Assembly: GCA_963790805.1 (NCBI GenBank)
Contig: CAWBPL010000002.1
Location: 956,860 to 1,020,859, forward strand
Direction of reading: 5' to 3'
From: Candidatus Gottesmanbacteria bacterium
Lineage (GTDB): Bacteria; Patescibacteriota; Microgenomatia; UBA10105; UBA927
Length of the DNA stretch: 64,000 nt
Each line of letters opens with the position of its first letter. The first letter of the stretch is position 1. A program made the position numbers and the translations under genes. Positions 54,026 through 61,833 of this stretch are shown in pieces. Under the pieces are notes generated by a model that worked only from the letters and a program-made list of their open reading frames with translations, was not told where the DNA came from and did no database searches.

Positions 54026-55951
54026 CTACGCGTTACTCGTAAAAATTTCATGTGATTTTACGTTCATTATTTGTTCAGCCTGCCCTATACTTTGATCAAT
54101 TCCCTCTACCGTGTCGATAACCGCCAGTATAGTCGGTCTGGTAGCAAGAAAACCCCGTTGTCCTTTTGATGATTGGCTTCGTGCATCAACCGCTTTGAAT
54201 GCTTCTTCGGAACAATTATGGACAGCAACGAAATATACCTCGTCCGCTCCTTCGTTCGGCTCACCCTTACCTGTTTTTTCTGTTGGAGGTATATCCATCA
54301 CGGAGTCTCCGTCTAAGACAATAACCACTTCGTCGCGCGCATATCCCATTTCCTCCATAGCCCTCATGACGCCGGATATTTTATTTTGGTCTTCATGAAA
54401 AATATCTACAAATCCCACGGTTTTGTTTAGTTGCACTTTTAGTTTACGGTCCATAAGTCGTATGACTTCTAGGTCATCGTGAATATGGCGTATTTCCCCT
54501 TGTCGGTAGCTTGCAAGATCTTTTGCATCTTCTTCAAAGCGATCAAGGATTTCTTTACTTATATCGTCTTTGGTACCTTCTTTTCCATCCAAACCGGCTT
54601 TACCGACCCTTTTTAGCGTACGTTTAATTAATCTCCCAGTATCTGTTTTTTTGTCTCTAATATCTTTTTTTAGTTCGCTTAATCGTTTTTGTAGTATTTT
54701 TTCGCTCATATGCAAATATTCTTTCGTTTTTTCAGCAATCCATTTTTCTGTAACCAAACTTTTGTCATCAGCTGTATGTAAATAAGTGAGCCCTTGTTCT
54801 GATGGTTGTGCAATTTTGATCGATAACATAGATTCTTTTGGCTCCCAACTGACGTCTTGTTCAGGGATAAGGCTGAAAATATACGTACGCAACGCATCGA
54901 GGTGACGTTGCCACACGTGTGGGTTTTCTACAGCGACGCGTTTTTTCATGTTTGGACCGTCCCATGTAGCGATGACTCCACCACCTTCACTGAACCCGAG
55001 CTCCCGCTCTGCGGTAGCGGGTAATGCATCCATGAAGGCTCGGAGATAGTCTGCAGGGCGGCCTGTTGAGAAAGAAACAATAATTTTTTTTTCGGGAAAA
55101 ACTTTCTGGAAACGGACAATCATCCTCTGAACTTTCTCCATAGCGCGCTCCATATCCTGCATGCTGGCATATGCCTCTTTTTCATTCCACGTCCCATTAA
55201 TATCAAACATAACAACGAGAACTTTAGCATTTGGGTCCATCAGACGTTTCACAAAATCTGGACCCAGATCTATACCAGCCATAGATTCCATATATTCCCT
55301 GAGTGACTTATCTCGTAATTCTTTGAATACTATCTGACGATCGTGAGTGATTGCTACAGGTATATCGTCTGGTATCTGATCAACCGTCGGATTTGAAAGG
55401 CAGAGCGCCATCTGATGTTTTGCGATATTCATAAGAGATATAAAGCGCGGATAGCCTGCATCACCTTCCGTCGCTTTTGAACGCAGGTGTGAAAGTGATC
55501 CGATGTGATTTGTTGTTGTGTGTTCCATGCCTGCTTTTAGGGTATTGAGTCCGTCTTGTAATATAAAAAGCGCTTTAGCAGCTGATAGTTTCAGGGTGGA
55601 GTTATCGTTTTCTGTTGCCCAATCATATATCTGTCTGACAGCAGGGAGAAATCCCGGTGGTATGAGTCCATTTGCAAAGACTTTATGACCTGCTTTTGCT
55701 CCCTCATGATTATCTTTCATATTATGCCACTCACGATACTCCTCAACGACTTTATTAACAGCATCTGGCGTCATTTGCGCAATGACATCTACTTTTCTCC
55801 ATACTTCTATACGATCCCAAATAAGAAGTAAATTTGGGTTATTCAGTTGGTCTGGAGGAAACTCGATAATCCGACCCTCTGTATCAGGGAACAGCTGGTC
55901 TATAAAACCTGGGCTGATGACATATCTGTCGCTTTCAGTAGCGCTCGGCAT
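54026..55951 (-). CDS. large fusion protein: unknown N-terminal domain + HAD-IIB-like phosphatase fold with long charged cap insert (641 aa)
   Basis: HAD-like motif I VVMFDINGTW (DxN in place of DxD), motif II SFSTGRP, and motif IV VLDGDSVMD. The first ~235 residues have no motif I recognise. Confidence 0.5.
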   Translation of the reverse strand: MPSATESDRYVISPGFIDQLFPDTEGRIIEFPPDQLNNPNLLLIWDRIEVWRKVDVIAQMTPDAVNKVVEEYREWHNMKDNHEGAKAGHKVFANGLIPPGFLPAVRQIYDWATENDNSTLKLSAAKALFILQDGLNTLKAGMEHTTTNHIGSLSHLRSKATEGDAGYPRFISLMNIAKHQMALCLSNPTVDQIPDDIPVAITHDRQIVFKELRDKSLREYMESMAGIDLGPDFVKRLMDPNAKVLVVMFDINGTWNEKEAYASMQDMERAMEKVQRMIVRFQKVFPEKKIIVSFSTGRPADYLRAFMDALPATAERELGFSEGGGVIATWDGPNMKKRVAVENPHVWQRHLDALRTYIFSLIPEQDVSWEPKESMLSIKIAQPSEQGLTYLHTADDKSLVTEKWIAEKTKEYLHMSEKILQKRLSELKKDIRDKKTDTGRLIKRTLKRVGKAGLDGKEGTKDDISKEILDRFEEDAKDLASYRQGEIRHIHDDLEVIRLMDRKLKVQLNKTVGFVDIFHEDQNKISGVMRAMEEMGYARDEVVIVLDGDSVMDIPPTEKTGKGEPNEGADEVYFVAVHNCSEEAFKAVDARSQSSKGQRGFLATRPTILAVIDTVEGIDQSIGQAEQIMNVKSHEIFTSNA

Positions 55952-55955
55952 AATA

Positions 55956-57441
55956 TTAAGAGGAAGATTTTGTTAATCGTACAAGATATTTTGCATGTTT
56001 TTTGTATTGCTCAAAGAGTTTAGCGTATATTTTGACGTTTTTTTCGTTCGGGTACAGGTAGTCGGTCGTTTGGATGGTTTCTCGGTAAAACTCCGGTAGT
56101 TTGTCAAAGCCCTCTTCGGCGAACTTTGCCAAAATTGCCGCCCCGAACGGCGAATGATCCTGAACATTAATGATGGTTGTGGGCCTGTTGATACAGTCAG
56201 TTATAATCTGACGCCAAACGGGATCCTTGACTCCCCCGCCGCTTAAAATAATGCGCTTCATCGGAAGTTGCATTTCTTCAAACACATCGAAACAATCGCG
56301 GATGGAAAATGCGACGCCCTCAATAACAGCCCGTATCAGGTGTGAGCGCGTGTGGGAGTGGGAAAGTCCGATAAATGCTCCCCGCAGCTTCGGGTTAAAG
56401 TAGGGCGTCCGTTCTCCGGCAAGATATGGCATATAAAAAAGCCCGTCGGCGCCGGGAGAAATTTGGTTTATGTGTTTGAGAAACTCTGGGTATGGGGTAT
56501 CTTTAAAACCCGTAACCTCGTTTTTAAACCATTTGAGCGAAAAACCGGCAGACAGCGTGGCTGCCATATACATGCCGATGTTGGGGAGAGCGTGGTTTAG
56601 CGTATGAAGACGCCGCTTCGGGTCGATGTGTCCTTTTTTCCCGATGACGAGAAATTGCCCTCCAGTGGATATGGCTATCGCTGCGTCGCCCTCCTCAATA
56701 AGGCCGTTTCCCAGTGCCGCCATGCTTTGGTCGCTCCCTCCGAATACCGGCGTACCGACAGGAAGTCCGGTAATTTTGGCAGTGTGTTTCGTTACCGCGC
56801 CATAGGAATCAGTTGTTGGAATAATTTCGGGAAAAAAAGAAGGCGTGATACCCAATGCGATTTAAAATTTTTGATGACCACACACCTTTTTTGTAATCAA
56901 AACATACGGTAGCGAGCGCGTCTGTAGGCTCTGTTTTTAATGATCCCGTGAGTTTATATGCCAGATAATCTTTGGGAGATGATAGTTTGAAGATTTGTTT
57001 ATAGATGGCAGGCTCGTGGCGTTTGACCCATAAAAGCGATGGTAATAAAAATCCGGTAAAAACCGGATTTCCAGTGATTTTATATAAAGAAACGTTGCCA
57101 ATGATTTTAAGAATATCCTCAACTTCCTGAAATGACCGTTTATCCATCCAGACGATTGCGCGCCGAAGGGGCGAGAATTTATTATCATATAGAACTACGC
57201 CATGCATCTGACCGGATAATCCTATGCCTTTTACGTCTTTCAGGTCGACTTTGGTGCCCAGAAGATTCAATATTTCCAGCGTCATACTCCACCAAAGCTC
57301 TGGACTTTGTTCCGCCCATGTGGGCTGGCGTGAAATCATGGGGCTCTCTTTGGCAAAAGATGCAAGAATTTTACCATGGTCGTTCATGGCAAAACCTTTG
57401 AGCATCGTAGTACCAAGATCAATTCCGATATATATATTCAC
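55956..57441 (-). pseudogene. xylB: xylulokinase (FGGY family) interrupted by a +1 nt frameshift
   Basis: The N-part (56809..57441) has IGIDLGTTMLKG. The C-part (55956..56855) has GGGVKDPVWRQIITD. Removing one G from the GGG run (plus-strand CCC, 56851-56853) restores WSSKILNRIGITPSFFPEII. Confidence 0.75.
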
Positions 57442-57549
57442 GGTTGTATAGTGGGCAAGAAGTTATAGGCTATATTATAATTCCCTTATTCTTTTTAGCT
57501 TGACTACTGGGCGATTTTCCTCTGACAAACGAGTGACATGCGAATCTGC

Positions 57550-57578
57550 TTGAGAATTTGCCTCTAAGTCAGTACAAT
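57550..57578 (+). promoter_or_regulatory. sigma70-like promoter TTGAGA-17-TACAAT, 9 nt upstream of the ATG at 57588
   Basis: Counted directly in the sequence. It has the same hexamers as the yebC promoter. Confidence 0.35.
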
Positions 57579-58880
57579 ACAACCCATATGAAACGGGTAA
57601 TCGAATCGGAATACCCCATTAGCTTCAGAAAGCGCGAAGCGGCAGAACTCGGAGCGCATTTGCAAAATTATCATTCAGTCGTCCTCGTCGGGATGAAGCG
57701 CGTGGGTATTAGTAACTTCCTCAGATTTTTCATGTATCAGGATGATGTGATAAAAACGTATATTGGAGAAGGACGCAAACAGCTCTTTGTCCACGTCGAT
57801 CTCAATGATCTTATTGAACGCAACATTTCGGCATTTTGGACTCTTCTTCTCACACGGCTTGTCGACAGTGTGCAGCGCTCCTCGCTTTCGGAATCAGAAA
57901 AGCGCCACTGCAGAAGATTATTTGTTCAGAGTATTCAGTTGAAAGATCAATTTTTTACGGTCGATAGTGTGCGAAAAGTATTGGAAACGCTTGTAGCCGG
58001 CGATCTGCATCCGACGCTCTTTTTTATTCGATTTGACCGGATGGAAAACGCGGTCACTCCGGAGTTTTTCAGCAACCTTTTAGGGCTTGGCGAAGCGGTA
58101 GGAAAGAAGTTGTCGTATGTATTTACAAGCTACCGTCCGCTTCCGGATTTGTCTCCGGACGTATTTCTAAAGGCACACGTATCGGTATTTTCTCATGATA
58201 TGTATCTTCGGCCAGCGACAATGGATGATATGCGTACAATATTGCAGACACTCGAATTACAATATCATGTGGCGCTCGATAAAAAAACACAGGAATCCCT
58301 TATCACTCTTTCCGGCGGGTATGTTCAGTATCTCCAATTGGGAATTATCCGATTACGCGAGGAAAAAGTACTTCCGGAATCCGTTGAGCGTTTGTTTGCC
58401 GTTTTATCGAAAGATGAACAGATTGTTTTTCAGTCCGAAGAACTTTTTGAAAGCTTAACGAAAAAAGAAAAGGAAATTCTTCTTCATATTAAACAGGGGA
58501 ACCGCGTATCACCCGAAGAGCGCGAGACGGGAAAATATTTATGGAATACGGGTATCGTTCAAGACGAGGACGGTACATCAGTATTTTTTAGTCCCCTTTT
58601 TGATTATTATGTCGGCACGCTTTCAATGACGAGCCATAACGGGAATGAATTTACCAAGAAAGAACACCTTCTGTATACCTATCTTAAGTCGCACGAAGGC
58701 GAATTATGCGAGCGGGAGGCAATTATTCAATCCGTCTGGTCTGAAAATAAGGATTTCGGGGTGTCGGATTGGGCAATTGACAGGCTTGTGGCGCGGCTTC
58801 GCAATAAATTAAAAGCGCATAACAGTCCCTACCAAATAGTCACCGTCGTTACGCGCGGATATAAACTCGTGAAGCTCTAA
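57558..58880 (+). CDS. degenerate P-loop NTPase-like / helical / OmpR-type winged-helix regulator (paralog of 32771..33985)
   Basis: Walker-A-like VVLVGMKRVGISNF (Lys replaced by Ile), Walker-B-like TLFFIRFDRM, and C-terminal EREAIIQSVWSENKDFGVSDWAIDRLVARLRNKL...RGYKLV. The probable start is 57588. Confidence 0.65.
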   Translation: MPLSQYNTTHMKRVIESEYPISFRKREAAELGAHLQNYHSVVLVGMKRVGISNFLRFFMYQDDVIKTYIGEGRKQLFVHVDLNDLIERNISAFWTLLLTRLVDSVQRSSLSESEKRHCRRLFVQSIQLKDQFFTVDSVRKVLETLVAGDLHPTLFFIRFDRMENAVTPEFFSNLLGLGEAVGKKLSYVFTSYRPLPDLSPDVFLKAHVSVFSHDMYLRPATMDDMRTILQTLELQYHVALDKKTQESLITLSGGYVQYLQLGIIRLREEKVLPESVERLFAVLSKDEQIVFQSEELFESLTKKEKEILLHIKQGNRVSPEERETGKYLWNTGIVQDEDGTSVFFSPLFDYYVGTLSMTSHNGNEFTKKEHLLYTYLKSHEGELCEREAIIQSVWSENKDFGVSDWAIDRLVARLRNKLKAHNSPYQIVTVVTRGYKLVKL

Positions 58881-58890
58881 ACATTTACGT

Positions 58891-59511
58891 TTAGTTAATT
58901 GTTGGCACGCGGTTCCACGAGGGCGATATCATTTTCGCGGTTGGAATTCTGAATTTGGGCAAATGATCGGCATCAGTGGAAACGACGATCATCAGTTGAT
59001 TTTCGGATTTATGGATCAGACGAAATTTGTTCCCTCTTTTTCCTACCTTTCGCCTCCGTAAATTTTTGTCCACCCAGCGCCTACGGAAATCAGACCAGTC
59101 GTATGACGTTTTTTGTCCGGTGTAACTATCCAAAAGGACAATCCTGCTTGTACTCGGTTTGTAGGAAGAAACTACCGCCCAGTGACCTGAATTGGGTTTA
59201 GGATTATCATCATCGTCAGTGTCATAAAGATAGCTTACCAGTACGGCACGTTTTTGAATGCGTGATTTTTTCAGCGCACTTAACAAATGATTGAGTGTTG
59301 TTTTTTCAACGATAAGCGCGGGAAGCCCGAGTTTTTTAATCGCACGGATCATGTTTTTTGTCGTCGTTCCGCTGCTGTTTGTCTGGCAGAGGTCTATCAT
59401 TTTTGCGACAGAAGTCCGTTTCCCCAAAATTGCAAGCGCCATCTTAAGCGCGGTCGGTCCGCAGGAATCTTCATCGGGTTGTTTGACGGGACAAATACGG
59501 CTTCGGGACAT
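58891..59511 (-). CDS. stand-alone peptidase C39-like (papain-fold) cysteine protease
   Basis: VKQPDEDSCGPTALKMALAILG (Gln/Cys), SGHWAVVSSY (His), and VLLDSY (Asp). Confidence 0.6.
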   Translation of the reverse strand: MSRSRICPVKQPDEDSCGPTALKMALAILGKRTSVAKMIDLCQTNSSGTTTKNMIRAIKKLGLPALIVEKTTLNHLLSALKKSRIQKRAVLVSYLYDTDDDDNPKPNSGHWAVVSSYKPSTSRIVLLDSYTGQKTSYDWSDFRRRWVDKNLRRRKVGKRGNKFRLIHKSENQLMIVVSTDADHLPKFRIPTAKMISPSWNRVPTIN

Positions 59512-59568
59512 AGGATGCCCATTCTATCGCGTCGTAGTAGCGTGTTCAAGACCTATAGTAGGTTCGTT

Positions 59569-60312
59569 TTAACGGATTTCGTAACTTAACGACACGTCAA
59601 CCGTGATTTCCGAAGATCCGGGCTCAACTTGAGTTGTTGATTTTTGATCAGTTACCGGTCCGCCTCCCGCGAGAGGAATTTGCATCATCGGTCGAGGTGT
59701 GCCGCCATCGTCCTCAGAGTAGTTTATAACCCGTCCGAGTGTAAACCCTGCTGCTTGAGCCGCAGCTTGGGCTTTATTTTTGGCTTCAGTTACCGCTTTC
59801 GATCTTGCTTCATTTTCAACTTTTGTTTTGTCTGAAACGTCAAAAGTTACGCCGCCCACATTGTTGGCACCGTTGGCAGTCGCGGCATCAACAACGGCAT
59901 TGGCGCGGTCCATGACACGTACTTTAATCGTAAGATTTGTATTTGCCTGATAGCCGGTAATCCGCTGTGTCGGTAAACTATAATCGTATGTTGGCGTTAT
60001 GCTGTAGTTTGTGGTCTGAATATCATTGGCGTCGATTCCCAGTTTTTTCACTGCTTCAATCACCTTGTTCATTTTCGTATTCATTTCCTGCTGCACGGCA
60101 TTTGCAGTAAGGCCCTGCGTTTGAACGCCCACGTTTACAACGGCAATATCCGGTATAGCCACAGCTTTCCCCTCCCCCGTGACGGTGAATGTGTCGGTTT
60201 TATTGGTAACGACACTGTTAAGTGACAAGGGAATTGGTCCGACGAGTTTAACAAATGCAAACAGAAGAACAAAGAAAACAACTATGGCAGCAGATAAATT
60301 TTTCATATACAT
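59569..60312 (-). CDS. SIMPL (DUF541) domain periplasmic/secreted protein
   Basis: Signal anchor plus a two-lobed pattern (ITGYQANTNLTIKV...ARSKAVTEAKNKAQAAAQAAGFTLGRVINYSE). Confidence 0.6.
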   Translation of the reverse strand: MYMKNLSAAIVVFFVLLFAFVKLVGPIPLSLNSVVTNKTDTFTVTGEGKAVAIPDIAVVNVGVQTQGLTANAVQQEMNTKMNKVIEAVKKLGIDANDIQTTNYSITPTYDYSLPTQRITGYQANTNLTIKVRVMDRANAVVDAATANGANNVGGVTFDVSDKTKVENEARSKAVTEAKNKAQAAAQAAGFTLGRVINYSEDDGGTPRPMMQIPLAGGGPVTDQKSTTQVEPGSSEITVDVSLSYEIR

Positions 60313-60371
60313 TCAGTATATCATACGGTTTTCCCTTGACACCGTGAAGCCCCGTGCTATACTAGCCGCTA

Positions 60372-60869
60372 ATGAAGAGATTTATTGGGATTGTACCTCT
60401 TCTTGCCCTTGTTTTTTTTGCCGCCGCCCCGCAGGTTTTGGCATGTCCGTGGTATGATCCGCTTTGTGCGACGCCAACGTCGACTCCGACCGCTACGCCT
60501 ACTCCAACATCGCCTCTGAAACAGCTTGCTAATCCGAATCTTATTAAGAATATCCAACTTGTGGGGACGAACACGCCGACCGCGACCCCGACCGTGTCGC
60601 CAACACCCACTTTTACTCCGACGCCAACAATAACTGTGACAGAAACGCCAAGCGTATCGCTTACAACGACGCCGGTTGCATCCCCCTCACTGACAGCGAC
60701 GGGTACGATGGCGCCGACTCCAACCACCGTTCAACCAAAAACGCTGGTTGCCGGTTTTACCAATAAAGAATTAGCATACGCTGGAGTCGTCGTTGTTCTT
60801 GTGCTGTTTATTATTTTCCAAGCCAACTGGGAGAAAATAAAAACGTGGCTTCACAATAAAACCTCATAA
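60372..60869 (+). CDS. secreted PT-rich protein with C-terminal TM anchor (165 aa)
   Basis: Signal peptide MKRFIGIVPLLALVFFAAAPQVLA, long TPTxTPT low-complexity tracts, and terminal AGVVVVLVLFIIF. Confidence 0.55.
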   Translation: MKRFIGIVPLLALVFFAAAPQVLACPWYDPLCATPTSTPTATPTPTSPLKQLANPNLIKNIQLVGTNTPTATPTVSPTPTFTPTPTITVTETPSVSLTTTPVASPSLTATGTMAPTPTTVQPKTLVAGFTNKELAYAGVVVVLVLFIIFQANWEKIKTWLHNKTS

Positions 60870-60872
60870 CAG

Positions 60873-61742
60873 TTATCGAGATTTCGGTATTGTAAGAAGT
60901 GTGGCATCAACAAGATTGTGCATAAGGCACGCAACGTTGACCGGTCCAACGCCACCCGGGGTTGGGGTATAGAAAGAAGCTATGCTTTCGATTTCCTTTT
61001 CAGCATAATCTCCGTGGAGTTTACCGTCTTTTCCTCGCGAGAGCCCGACCGAAATGAGGATAACTCCGGAGCTGATATTGTGTTTATGGATTACGTGTTC
61101 TTTTCCGGCACAGCTTATGACAACGGTTGCCGCGCGAAGAATTTTTTCGGGGTGTGACGTTTTGGAATGGATGATCGAAGGCATACAGCCGTAAGTGATC
61201 AAATCATGAGCAATCGGCTTTCCGGCCGTTTGACCCCGCCCTATAACGGCTACGGATTGACTGTTGAGCCATTTTTTAAACTCTGTACGGACAAGGCCAG
61301 CTGAGCTGAGTTTTGCATGGACATCCTCAAGAAGTGTTATGACCGCCCGTGCAATCGGGACTTCAAATGGAGAATTCGGAATAAATCCGTCAACGTCTTT
61401 GGCTGGGGCGACGGAATTAAGTATCTCTTCTATTACGTCGGCAGTATTCGGGATAGGTCGTTGGACAATAAGACCGTGAATGGAGGAGTCATTATTATAA
61501 TGGGCAATCGCAGAACGAAGCGTTTCGGGTTGAATTGTTGCCGGTAATTGCTCAAAGATGACTTTGGCGCCGATTCGACTAGCCGCCTTTTGTTTTTGTT
61601 TGATGTAGGAGAGTGACCCAGAATCATCACCTACTAAAATGACGGCCATCGTTGGCGTAATTCCTCCTTTTTTAAGGGTTGCTACTGTTTCACTCAACTT
61701 TTCTAAAATGGAATCCGCAAGTCCCTTGCCGTCGATAATCAT
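60873..61742 (-). CDS. folD: bifunctional methylenetetrahydrofolate dehydrogenase/cyclohydrolase
   Basis: MIIDGKGLA..., SLSYIKQKQKAA, HGLIVQRPIP, VIGRGQTAGKPIA, and TPGGVGPVNVACLMHN. Confidence 0.92.
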   Translation of the reverse strand: MIIDGKGLADSILEKLSETVATLKKGGITPTMAVILVGDDSGSLSYIKQKQKAASRIGAKVIFEQLPATIQPETLRSAIAHYNNDSSIHGLIVQRPIPNTADVIEEILNSVAPAKDVDGFIPNSPFEVPIARAVITLLEDVHAKLSSAGLVRTEFKKWLNSQSVAVIGRGQTAGKPIAHDLITYGCMPSIIHSKTSHPEKILRAATVVISCAGKEHVIHKHNISSGVILISVGLSRGKDGKLHGDYAEKEIESIASFYTPTPGGVGPVNVACLMHNLVDATLLTIPKSR

Positions 61743-61833
61743 ATGCGCGTTAGAGTAATGAGTTATCCGTATTCCTAATACTACACTATTCAGGGAATAA
61801 ACGGGTATATCATATTGTCGTGCTTGGAGGTCT

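Noticed and set aside
60362-60727. A 121-aa Gly/Val-rich ORF and an apparent tandem DNA repeat.
   Set aside because: It is the antisense reading of the PT-rich low-complexity tract (ACNCCN repeats) of the secreted protein at 60372..60869. The periodicity is codon-level low complexity, not a separate repeat element.
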